Below are positions 8,957 to 17,438 of a DNA stretch of 42,557 nucleotides, one piece after another. The stretch covers positions 1 to 42,557 of the forward strand of contig JBCCGX010000001.1 of the NCBI GenBank assembly GCA_039029035.1, written 5' to 3'. How positions within the stretch are numbered: the stretch's first letter is position 1; each line of letters starts with the position of its first letter. Below the pieces are notes generated by a model. It saw only the letters and a list, made by a program, of their open reading frames with translations. It ran no database searches and was not told where the DNA came from. A program made the position numbers and the translations under genes. This stretch comes from Acidobacteriota bacterium (lineage in GTDB: Bacteria > Acidobacteriota > Thermoanaerobaculia > Multivoradales > J023).

Positions 8957-11404
8957 TTACTCCACGTAGCCGAGGCTGCGCAAGCGCTCCAGGTCTTCGG
9001 CGCTCATGTCCTCGGCCAGGTCGGCGTCCGAAGTGAGGCGCTCGGCCTCGGCGCGCTCTCGCCAGGCATTGAGCTGCACCAGCATCTGCTCGACCCGCTC
9101 CGGATGCTCAGTCGCGAGATTATGATGGTTGATCGGGTCGGCGCGATGGTCGTAGAGCTCGAGCTCGGGGTGCTTGTCGTCGCGGCGTGGATTATGGATC
9201 AGCTTCCAGCCGTCGAAGACCATGGCGTAGGCCTCGTGGGCGAAGCCGCGCTGGATGTCGCCTTCGGTGAACGCCTTCTCGGTGAACGCCGGTCGTGGGC
9301 GCCAGCCGGCCTGGCCGTCAGGAGCTGCGGCTGCGCCGGCCAGCCGCGGGACCAAGCTTTGTCCCTGCATACCCTCCGGCGGCTCGAGGCCGCTGAGCTC
9401 GAGTACGGTCGGCATCAAATCGAGGGTCTGGATGGTCTCTGAGATCACCGATCCGGCGGGCACATTGTGGCCCGAGAGGACGAACGGCACACGATTGAGG
9501 TCGCCGTAGACGCTGTGGCCGTGGAAATGGTGGTCGTGATCGAGGAACTCGGTGCCGTGATCGCTGATGAAGGCGATCAAGGTGCGCTCAGCGACACCAA
9601 GCTGGCTCAAGCGTTCGAGGACGCGGCCGATCTCGACATCCATGGCCCGGATCGAGCCGTCATAGGCGTCGTGCTCGAAGTCGACATAGCGCTCGGGGTC
9701 GAGCCCGGCGTCGAGCAACGCCTGGCGCTCGGGCATGCCGAAGCGCTTCATCAAGTTGTTGGTGGTGAAGGCGCGTGCCGCGTCTTGCTGGCGTTGGTAT
9801 TCCTCGGCGTCGCCCGGCTCGCCCCACAAGGTGTCGTAGGGAGCGTAGGGCAGGTAGGGGCTGTGCGGATCGGCGACGTGCAGAAAGACGAAGAAAGGCG
9901 ACTGGTGATGACGCTCGAGCCAAGGGAGCAAGCGATCGACGTAGGTGCGCGCTGTCTTGGCGTTGCGGTCGCGTGGCAGGGAGGCCGATTCGTGGAATTC
10001 CTCGTAGCCTTGGTGCAGGTTGGTGGCTCGGCCGGTAAAGGGGATCGACGACATGCCCAGGGTTCTGTAGCCGGCTTGACGGAAAGCTTCGGCCATGGTC
10101 ACGGCCGAGGCTGGCAGGCGGTCGGTGAACTGGCGCACGCCGTGGGACAGGGGGTAGCGGGAGGTGAAGATCGACGGCACCGAGACCTTGGTCCAGGTGC
10201 CCTGGGTGATGCAGTCTTCGGCCCAGGCGCCGTCTTCGGCGAGGCGGGTGAGAATCGGTGCCGTCTCACGGTCGTAGCCCCAGAGGTTGAGGTGGTCGCT
10301 GCGCAGGGTGTCACCTACGATGATGATGACGCCATGCGGAGGCGTGAGGCCATGGCCGTCCGCGCTGCGACCGTGCGGGCCGTCGCCGTTCGCGCCACGA
10401 CCGTGGACTGCCGGCGCCCCCCAAAAACCGAGGGCATCGGGGCGACCGCCATCGATGCTCAGGGCCAAATCCACCGCGCGACCCGCGAAATCACTCAGGT
10501 CGACGCTCACTGGCTCCCAGCGATGAGGTGAGGTGAGGGTGCGCTCGACGACGACCTGCTCGTCGCCACCGGCTCGCACTGCGACGCGGAAGGTCACCGG
10601 ACCGGCCTCGACGCTGGCCAGCGCCAGGTCGAGCCGTGGTGCTTGCGGTAGGGTCATGGGGAAGCGCGCGACCTCGCCGTGGTGGGTGGTGAGAGCCTCG
10701 CGATAGACGTCCGACATGCCGTGCCAGCCGATGCCGGCCGGTGCCTGAGCCAGGTGTTCTTTGCGGTAGATCAGGCGCACCGACTCGATTTCGAAGTCGG
10801 CTTCGGCGGCGTCGGTCGGCCGCAGCAGCACGTGGCCAACGTTCGAGGCCGCCACGGCGGAGCCCGGGGTGACGGTCAGCGACTGCCACTCGCCGGGCTC
10901 GATTGCTGCCGTGGCAGTCCAGGGAAAGGTGTTGGCCATCCCGAGGATCTGCGGCCAAACGAGCTCTTCGTCATCCGAGAACCGCAGCGCGACATTGCCG
11001 CCAGCGGACACCTTCAGGCGTAACTCCACCGAGTGCAGCAGGTCGTCCGGATCGGCATGCGGCTGCGGCGCCACATGGATGAGGGGGAAGTCGGTCTGGC
11101 TCCGTCCCTGCAGGCGGCCGTCACGCAGAGCCAGGCCGGTCACTCCTGTGCCAGCTCGCCAGCCTTGCGTAGCCGCCGCCGGTTCGTCCGAGTCGGCTGG
11201 CGCGGCGGTGAAGTCCCACCGACCGGCTGCCGAGGAGGCCGCGGCAGCTCCTCCGGCGTCATCCGCTGGCGTCACCGTCGCTTCGGGGAAGAGATCCACC
11301 AGGCGGGTGATGGACGGACTGTCTACTGGCGGGCTGCACGCGATACAGAGTCCCAGGGCGAGACAGAGTCCCAGGGCGAGCACGATCGGCGATTTCGGGT
11401 GCAT
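8957..11404 (-). CDS. Sulfatase-superfamily (alkaline-phosphatase fold) hydrolase/transferase with a signal/lipoprotein-like N-terminus and a ~330-aa unassigned N-terminal domain
   Basis: 815 aa. Metal-site block IIIVGDTLRSDHL. The nucleophile block GTWTKVSVPSIFTSRYP replaces the sulfatase C/S-x-P-x-R. Later blocks are FLHVADPHSPY and FISDHG. The SD aggagg sits upstream of the ATG at 11404. Confidence 0.75.
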   Translation of the reverse strand: MHPKSPIVLALGLCLALGLCIACSPPVDSPSITRLVDLFPEATVTPADDAGGAAAASSAAGRWDFTAAPADSDEPAAATQGWRAGTGVTGLALRDGRLQGRSQTDFPLIHVAPQPHADPDDLLHSVELRLKVSAGGNVALRFSDDEELVWPQILGMANTFPWTATAAIEPGEWQSLTVTPGSAVAASNVGHVLLRPTDAAEADFEIESVRLIYRKEHLAQAPAGIGWHGMSDVYREALTTHHGEVARFPMTLPQAPRLDLALASVEAGPVTFRVAVRAGGDEQVVVERTLTSPHRWEPVSVDLSDFAGRAVDLALSIDGGRPDALGFWGAPAVHGRGANGDGPHGRSADGHGLTPPHGVIIIVGDTLRSDHLNLWGYDRETAPILTRLAEDGAWAEDCITQGTWTKVSVPSIFTSRYPLSHGVRQFTDRLPASAVTMAEAFRQAGYRTLGMSSIPFTGRATNLHQGYEEFHESASLPRDRNAKTARTYVDRLLPWLERHHQSPFFVFLHVADPHSPYLPYAPYDTLWGEPGDAEEYQRQQDAARAFTTNNLMKRFGMPERQALLDAGLDPERYVDFEHDAYDGSIRAMDVEIGRVLERLSQLGVAERTLIAFISDHGTEFLDHDHHFHGHSVYGDLNRVPFVLSGHNVPAGSVISETIQTLDLMPTVLELSGLEPPEGMQGQSLVPRLAGAAAAPDGQAGWRPRPAFTEKAFTEGDIQRGFAHEAYAMVFDGWKLIHNPRRDDKHPELELYDHRADPINHHNLATEHPERVEQMLVQLNAWRERAEAERLTSDADLAEDMSAEDLERLRSLGYVE
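11344..11379. repeat. Perfect 18-bp tandem duplication inside the signal-peptide coding region (encodes LALGLC twice)
   Basis: Read directly: acagagtcccagggcgag at 11344-11361 and again at 11362-11379. Confidence 0.95.
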
Positions 11405-11470
11405 GGCGGCCTCCTGACCGGCTGAACCGGTCGGCGTTTGACGTCGAGAGGATGGCCTATACCGTACACT

Positions 11471-11845
11471 ATGCTGCCGCGCCCCGAGCAGCCATCTGAA
11501 AGGACGAATCTGTTGGCGAACGAGCCCCCGAGCAGTAACTACCAGCGCATCTACGCCGCCGTCCGCCGCATCCCGGAAGGGCGCGTCGCAACCTACGGTC
11601 AGATCGCAGTCTTGGCGGGCCTACCCGGCCACGCCCGGCAGGTCGGCTACGCCCTCCACGCCCTCGACGATGACACCGTGCCCTGGCACCGGGTGATCAA
11701 CGCCCAGGGCCGTGTCAGTCTGCGCTCCGAGCCTGGCTGGGAGGGCTTCCAGCGTCACCTCCTCGAGGCCGAGGGCGTGGCCTTCAACGCGCGAGGAGCG
11801 GTGGACTTGAAGCGCTTTCGTTGGGAGGAAGATCCGGCGGACTGA
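11471..11845 (+). CDS. Alkyltransferase-like (ATL) protein, MGMT/Ogt DNA-binding-domain family without the catalytic Cys
   Basis: IPEGRVATYGQIA...PWHRVINAQG: the Ogt/Ada active-site PCHRV is PWHRV here. The start is uncertain (TTG at 11438 or ATG at 11471). Confidence 0.75.
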   Translation: MLPRPEQPSERTNLLANEPPSSNYQRIYAAVRRIPEGRVATYGQIAVLAGLPGHARQVGYALHALDDDTVPWHRVINAQGRVSLRSEPGWEGFQRHLLEAEGVAFNARGAVDLKRFRWEEDPAD

Positions 11846-11860
11846 CGTTGCGACGGCCTG

Positions 11861-13066
11861 CTAAACCAACTCCCGGATGTACTTCTCCTGCAGCAGGCGC
11901 CAGAAGACGACGAAGAAGGCGGTCAGAGGGATCGCCAGGATCATGCCGGTGATGCCGGAGAGGGCGGAGCCCCAGAAGAAGATGGCGATGATGATCGCCA
12001 TCGGGTGGAGACCGGTCTGCTCGCCCATGATCCGCGGGGTCAGGACGTAACCTTCGATGGTCTGGACGATGGTGAAGACGAGCAGCACGGCGGCCAGAGT
12101 CGACCAGCCGCCGCCTTCCTGGAACAGGGCCAGGGGTAGGGCGACGCCCAGGCCGACGATGCTGCCGAGATAGGGGATGATGTTGAGGAAGCCGAGGAGT
12201 AGGCCGATGACGAGGCCGGAGCTCAAACCGACGACCTGAAAACCGATGCCGAAGAGCACTCCCTGCATGAAGGCGATGACGAACTGGCCGCGGAAGAAGG
12301 CGACGATGATCTCGACGAACTCGTTCACCAGGTAGGTGAGATCCTCACGGGTCTCTTGTTTCAGAAAGGGCAGCGCCGCCCGCGACCAGGTCTGGGCTCG
12401 GGCCTTGGGATCGATCAACAGCAAGAACGCGACGTAGACCGGCAGCACCGCCCAGCCGGCGAGGTTGCCCAGGGCGCCGAAGATGCCAGCGCCGGCGGAC
12501 AGGGCCTTGATCCCGACCATTCGCAGGGCCGAGAGCAGGGCGCTCTCTTTACCTTCCATCGCCGACGCCAGCTTCTCCTCGACACCATACTGCTGGAATA
12601 GCTCCTGAATCCTCGGCCAGCGCTCCTTGGCGTTGGCCACGCCGGCTTTCCACCATTCCGGGACCTTGGCAATCAGCTCGGAAGTCTGCTCGACGATGAT
12701 GTCGCCGAGGAACCAGCCGAAACCGCCAATGGGGATCAGAATCGCCAGGAAGACGGCGACCAGGGCCACGGGCTGGGGCAGCTTCAAGCGGCTATGAAAC
12801 CACTCGTAGTACGGCTTGAGGATCAGGGCGATGATGCCGGCGACGGCGAGGGGTACGAAGACGTGGGAAAAGCGGCTGAAGAAGGCGCCGATGAGCCACA
12901 GGAGCGCTGCCGCCGCGCAGACGATGACGAAGACGGACAGCACCGTCACAGCGGTGGCGAGGGTGGCTTTCTGGCGATCGCTGAAGGTGATAGCGCGTTT
13001 TGGCGGGGCCTTGCCGCCGACGTCGTCGACGCTGGCGGATTCTCTTGACTCTTCGTTGGCGTCCAT
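11861..13066 (-). CDS. AI-2E family transporter (PerM/YhhT-like permease, UPF0118)
   Basis: 401-aa polytopic membrane protein. The C-terminal blocks FLNIIPYLGSIVG and GLHPMAIIIAIFFWGSALSGITGMILAIPLTA are typical of the family. The strong SD aaggaggag sits before the ATG at 13066. Confidence 0.8.
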   Translation of the reverse strand: MDANEESRESASVDDVGGKAPPKRAITFSDRQKATLATAVTVLSVFVIVCAAAALLWLIGAFFSRFSHVFVPLAVAGIIALILKPYYEWFHSRLKLPQPVALVAVFLAILIPIGGFGWFLGDIIVEQTSELIAKVPEWWKAGVANAKERWPRIQELFQQYGVEEKLASAMEGKESALLSALRMVGIKALSAGAGIFGALGNLAGWAVLPVYVAFLLLIDPKARAQTWSRAALPFLKQETREDLTYLVNEFVEIIVAFFRGQFVIAFMQGVLFGIGFQVVGLSSGLVIGLLLGFLNIIPYLGSIVGLGVALPLALFQEGGGWSTLAAVLLVFTIVQTIEGYVLTPRIMGEQTGLHPMAIIIAIFFWGSALSGITGMILAIPLTAFFVVFWRLLQEKYIRELV

Positions 13067-13135
13067 GGTGCTCCTCCTTGTCCTTCGACGATACGGCGTC
13101 CCGTAGGGGATATTCGCTCTTCCCGTGTCGTTGTC

Positions 13136-14095
13136 TCAAGCGGCCGAAGTGGTGGCGTCCGCGTCGGCGGATGTCTCCGGTTCCACATGCCGACGCCACG
13201 CCTCGAGGCCGCCGGCCAGCGGCCGCACCCTGGCGATGCCTTTTCGGCGTAGCAAGAGCGCCACCCGGGCGCTCGACGCTTCGTTCGGTCACGTACAGAA
13301 GAGCACGACCTCCGGCCCTTGCGGGATCTCGGCCGTGCGCTGCTCGGCTTGCTCGACCGGGACGTGCAGGGCGCCGGGAATGCTGACCGGCTCGGCTTCG
13401 AACTCCACCGAGTGCCTCAGATCGACCACCACGATGTCCTCGCCGGCGTCGAGCTTTTGGGCCAGCTCGGCAGGGGTGATGCGGGCGATGCGCAGCTGGC
13501 GCAAGAAGCGTTGGCGCTGTACGTATTTGATCAGGATGTAGGCTGCCAAGGCGCCGACCAACAAGAGGCCGAAGCCGGTGCCCCAGGCCGCCAACTGTTC
13601 GGCCAGCTCTTCCAACTGCTGACCGAAGGCGTAGCCCAGGCTGCCGAAGGTGACGATCCAGAGCAGTGCGCCGAGCGCGTCGAAGACCACGAAACGGGAC
13701 AGGCGCATGCCGAAGATGCCGGCTAGCGGCGGCGCCACGGTGTTGAAGCCGGGCAGGAATTTCGCGATCAGCAGCGAGCGGGCGCCGTGGCGAGCGAAAA
13801 GGTCTTCGGTCCGGCGGACGCAGGAATCGGGCTCGAGGGAGATCCGACACAGAAGATTGAGGACTTTGATGCCACGTCGTCGGCCAATTTCGTACCACAA
13901 AAGGTCGGAGAGCACCGAGGCCGCCGTGGCGACCAGGAGCGCCAGACCGAGATGCAACTGCCCGGTGCGAGCGAGGGCCCCGCCTGCCAAGAGCACCGGC
14001 AGAGCCGGCAGCGGTAGACCGACCTGTTCGGCAAAGACGAAGCCGAAGAGCACCAGATACTTGTAGCGGATGATGAAGTCGAGGACTTCTTCCAT
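13136..14095 (-). CDS. DedA/VTT-family membrane protein fused to a C-terminal rhodanese domain, with an in-frame UGA at 13289-13291 read as candidate selenocysteine (the conventional ORF call stops at 13289)
   Basis: DedA N-terminus (YKYLVLFGFVFAEQVGLPLPALPVLLAGG) followed by a rhodanese domain (ITPAELAQKL...VVVDLR...IPGALH...VVLFCT). The ORF stops at TGA inside the active-site loop. The same frame stays open for 50 more codons (PNEASSARVALLLRRKGIARVRPLAGGLEAW...), which supply the missing rhodanese C-terminus, and ends at TGA 13136-13138. Confidence 0.65.
13247..13279 (-). promoter_or_regulatory. SECIS-like mRNA stem-loop downstream of the in-frame UGA
   Basis: On the minus strand, 14 nt after UGA: a 7-bp perfect stem GAGCGCC/GGCGCUC (13256-13274) with loop CGGGU. 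A 4-bp lower stem GCGU/ACGC is separated from it by an internal loop. The apical loop begins 21 nt after the UGA. Confidence 0.5.
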
Positions 14096-14118
14096 GTCCC
14101 GATCCCGTGGGCGTCGGC

Positions 14119-14721
14119 TTACTCGCCGTCGCCGTCGGCTGCCGGCAGAGAGACGATCTGACGCTCGATGCCATGACAGCCAGCCTCATTGAGGTCGATT
14201 CGCCACAACCCTTCGTAGCCATGGATCAGCAGTTGGCCGTCATGGTCGTTGATGTCGAGACGTTCGAAGCACGATGGAGCGGCGCCGAGCTCGATCAGGA
14301 TGTGGGGCACCGTGTCGCTGTGACCGACGACCAGAACGGCTGCGTCGTCTCGATGCCGCGACTTCAGATCAGCGAAGAAGTCAGCCAGCTGCGGCTGCTC
14401 GATGGTTCGATCGTCGGGGCTGATCGGTATGTCGGTGGCCTCGGCCAGCGGCATGCCGGTGGCCAGGGTTCGAGTCGTCGAGCTGGTGTAGATGGCCGCG
14501 ATGCCCGCGTCTTCGAGACGCTCGGCCAGGGCGTCGGCGCGATCCGTTCCGGGGCGGCTCAGGGGCCAGAAGCGATTGAGTGCGCGATCAGCCGGCCAGA
14601 AGTCGACCTTGTCGGCGTGGCGCACGAGGTAGAGAGTTGGTAGTCCTTCGCCAGCCCCGGCGGTGAGGCAGGGCAATGCCAGGAGCAGCAGGAGCACGGA
14701 TAGCCACCAGCCGTTTCGCAT
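14119..14721 (-). CDS. Histidine phosphatase family protein (PGAM/SixA-like), secreted
   Basis: Signal peptide WWLSVLLLLLALPCLTAGA. Catalytic blocks LYLVRHADK and VLVVGHSDT. ATG at 14721 with the SD ggaga is preferred over GTG at 14769. Confidence 0.75.
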   Translation of the reverse strand: MRNGWWLSVLLLLLALPCLTAGAGEGLPTLYLVRHADKVDFWPADRALNRFWPLSRPGTDRADALAERLEDAGIAAIYTSSTTRTLATGMPLAEATDIPISPDDRTIEQPQLADFFADLKSRHRDDAAVLVVGHSDTVPHILIELGAAPSCFERLDINDHDGQLLIHGYEGLWRIDLNEAGCHGIERQIVSLPAADGDGE

Positions 14722-15010
14722 CGTTGGATCTCCGGTCAAGATTCGTTGAACGCCTGATTGTATCGCCACGAGCGGCCGAACGTTAGCGTCGATCCATGTT
14801 GCGCACCGCGTCAGTGTCTCGACTCAAGGTCTCCGCGGCAGCGGCGATCTCGACCCATCCCACCGTGTTTGGAGGCTGGTGCTTGCCGCAACAGGCTCCA
14901 AGCGGCGTGTTAACATTCGTCTCGACGTTTGGTCCGGGGAGTTGACGGGGTGGTCCGGTGTGGCCGGGGTGGCGAAGGAGCTTCGAGGAGCGCGCGTGGC
15001 GAGCCAAACG

Positions 15011-17398
15011 ATGAACGATACCGGCTTGCCGATCGATCAGGCGGACGCCGAACGAGGCAAAGCCGAGCGTCTGCGACGCTTCCACACCGTACGCTCGCCG
15101 CGTTTGCGGGTGGTCGGATATCTCGTCTTCGTAGCCTTTGCCTGGGCCCACAATCTGATTCTGCAGCCCGCCTCGGAGCACGGGCCGTTGCAAGGGGTGA
15201 CCGCGGGGGTCATCGCCTATGTCGCACTGAGCTGGATGCTGCTCGTCACCGCCTACGATCGGGTTCGTCGGGTCAACCTGGGCGATGTCTTCCTGATCGC
15301 CGATGGGCTGGTCGTCTTGGCAGTGATTTGGGCGACCGGCGGTGATCGCAGCTTGCTGTTCTTCTGTTTGATCTTGAGAGCGGCCGATCAGTCGGCTATC
15401 AGCTCTCGGCGCAGCGCGTTCTTTGGCGTCCTCTCGGTTGTGTTCTACCTCGGGCTCATGGTCGGGCTGGACCTGGTCCCGGGACGGAAGATCGCGTGGC
15501 CCATTGTGTGGGTCAAAGCGGGGTTCATCGCAGGCGTCAACTTCTATCTGTTCGGGGTCGCTGGAACGGCCGATCGGTATCGTCGGCGCACCTCCCAGGC
15601 GGTGCAGATGACGCGCTCCTTGGTCTTGGACCTGGAAGAGAAGTCGCGCCAGCTGGAGGACGAGAAAGTCAAGGCACAGGCCGCCAGCCGGGCCAAGAGC
15701 CAGTTCGTGGCCAATATGAGCCATGAGATCCGAACGCCGATGAACGCCATCATCGGCTTCAATCGTCTGCAACAGAAGTGTGACCTGCCGGATGACGCGG
15801 TGGAGCTGGCCAAACATATCGGCCTGTCGGGCGAGAGCCTGCTGCAATTGATCGACGACATCCTCGATCTCTCGAAGGTCGAAGCCGGCAAGTTGGATGT
15901 CGAAGATGTTCCCTTCTCTCTCGCCGTGGCGCTCGACCAGGTGCTCGGCATCGTCGGCCAGCGGGCGGCAGAGAAAGGCGTCCGGCTCGCTCTCGAGTGT
16001 GGCGACGACCTGCCGGCTGGGGTGCGCGGCGACCCCGCACGTCTGCTGCAGGTGCTACTCAATCTGATGGGCAATGCGGTCAAGTTTACCGACCGCGGCA
16101 CGGTGACTCTGCGAGCCAGCACGGTCGACGGCTCCGAGGACGAGCTGAGCTTCGAGGTGCTCGATACCGGGATCGGGATCGAAGCGGCCTCCCTGGATCA
16201 GCTCTTCGATCCCTTCGTCCAAGTCGACTCTTCGCAGGCTCGCCGCGCTGGTGGAACCGGACTCGGGTTGGCGATCAGCCGCCGCCTGGTAGAGCTGATG
16301 TCGGGCTCGATCGAGGTCGACAGTGTTCCGGGGGTGGGTAGTAAGTTCACGGTGCGTCTACCCTTACCGGCGGCCGAGGTCACCAGCGAAGGACCGGAGT
16401 TGTCGGATCTGCCTTACGCTGAGTTAGCGGCGGACGTCAATATCCTGGTGGCGGATGACAATTCGATGAACCGCCTGGTCGTCGGCCTGCAGTTGAAGGC
16501 CCTCGGCGTGAGTGCCGACACCGTCGAAGACGGACGGCAGACCCTCGAAGCGCTGGCGAGAACGGACTACGATCTCTTGCTGCTCGACTGCCAGATGCCC
16601 GAGCTCGACGGCTACGAGACCGCGCGGCGCATCCGAGCCGGCGAGACCGCAGGCCGGATGCCGATCATCGCCATGACCGCCCATGCAATGAAGGGCGATC
16701 GGCAGCGCTGTCTCGAAGCCGGCATGGACGACTACATCGCCAAGCCGTTCAACGAGGACGAATTGGTCGACAAGTTGGCGCGTTGGCTGCCGGGCACTGC
16801 ACACCCAGGGGCTAGGTATGCCGACCGAGTGGGCGCTGATGCCGCTCTTTCTGGCGCTGAAGCTTCGGGAGTTGCGCTCTCTGACGCTGGGGCTAACGGC
16901 CTTGCGGCCCCTGACGCTGTAGACCCCGACGCGGCTACGAATCCTGCCACTGCCGACCTCACCATCGGGAACAACGAGGCTGCGGATTCGGCAAACGGGG
17001 GGGATGGCGAGGCTGCTCCGGCGTCCGTCACCAGGCCGATACCGGACGGTCCGCTGGATCTGGCCAAGTTCGAGTATTTTCGTCGGCTCGGCAAGCAGAC
17101 GGGCGACGGTAAAATGCTGACCCGGGTGGTCGATGGCTTCCAGGAGCGTGCGCCGGTGAAGCTACGAGAGCTGGAGACGGCCCTGGCCACCGGTGAGCTC
17201 GAGGCTGCCGCTGCGGCGGCCCACGCGATGAAGGGCTCGTCGGGAACCCTCGGTGCGAGCCGACTGGCGGCTCTGTGCAGTGAGGTCGAAGAGGCGCTGC
17301 TGGCCGACGATGTCGAGGGCGCCGAGAGCCTTTGCCGCCAGGTAGCCGAGGAGCTCGAGCGCACGAGTGCCGCCTTGGAGGGGCTGATGCAGGAGTGA
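15011..17398 (+). CDS. Membrane-bound hybrid histidine kinase (TM region - HisKA - HATPase_c - receiver - Ala/Asp-rich linker - Hpt)
   Basis: H-box [31 protein letters not shown]. Receiver [13 protein letters not shown]...[13 protein letters not shown]...KPF. Hpt motif [17 protein letters not shown] at 15011 (MNDTGLPI) is preferred over the upstream extension from 14879. Confidence 0.85.
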   Translation: MNDTGLPIDQADAERGKAERLRRFHTVRSPRLRVVGYLVFVAFAWAHNLILQPASEHGPLQGVTAGVIAYVALSWMLLVTAYDRVRRVNLGDVFLIADGLVVLAVIWATGGDRSLLFFCLILRAADQSAISSRRSAFFGVLSVVFYLGLMVGLDLVPGRKIAWPIVWVKAGFIAGVNFYLFGVAGTADRYRRRTSQAVQMTRSLVLDLEEKSRQLEDEKVKAQAASRAKSQFVANMSHEIRTPMNAIIGFNRLQQKCDLPDDAVELAKHIGLSGESLLQLIDDILDLSKVEAGKLDVEDVPFSLAVALDQVLGIVGQRAAEKGVRLALECGDDLPAGVRGDPARLLQVLLNLMGNAVKFTDRGTVTLRASTVDGSEDELSFEVLDTGIGIEAASLDQLFDPFVQVDSSQARRAGGTGLGLAISRRLVELMSGSIEVDSVPGVGSKFTVRLPLPAAEVTSEGPELSDLPYAELAADVNILVADDNSMNRLVVGLQLKALGVSADTVEDGRQTLEALARTDYDLLLLDCQMPELDGYETARRIRAGETAGRMPIIAMTAHAMKGDRQRCLEAGMDDYIAKPFNEDELVDKLARWLPGTAHPGARYADRVGADAALSGAEASGVALSDAGANGLAAPDAVDPDAATNPATADLTIGNNEAADSANGGDGEAAPASVTRPIPDGPLDLAKFEYFRRLGKQTGDGKMLTRVVDGFQERAPVKLRELETALATGELEAAAAAAHAMKGSSGTLGASRLAALCSEVEEALLADDVEGAESLCRQVAEELERTSAALEGLMQE

Positions 17399-17400
17399 CC

Positions 17401-17418
17401 CCCCGGCCCGTGCCGGGG
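17401..17418. terminator. GC-rich hairpin between convergent genes
   Basis: ccccggc-ccgt-gccgggg, immediately after the kinase stop codon (17396-17398) and before the stop of the convergent gene at 17439. Confidence 0.45.
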
Positions 17419-17438
17419 AGTCTGGGCTCAGGCCGAGC

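Noticed and set aside
10320-10400. An imperfect ~30-bp repeat encoding HGRGANGDGP / HGRSADGHGL in the sulfatase-like protein.
   Set aside because: It is a diverged, low-complexity Gly/His-rich linker between domains. It is not a clean tandem repeat and has no evident functional implication.
12792-14222. A 476-aa minus-strand ORF overlapping the DedA-rhodanese and AI-2E genes. Similar long ORFs occur at 14783-15847(-), 23941-25338(-), 22125-23579(-), 6616-7509(-), 35935-37029(-), 9467-10531(+) and 27809-28435(-).
   Set aside because: These are Arg/Pro/Gly/Ala-rich translations with no recognisable motifs, lying out of frame or antisense to genes with clear family signatures. They are typical stop-codon-poor shadow ORFs of high-GC DNA.
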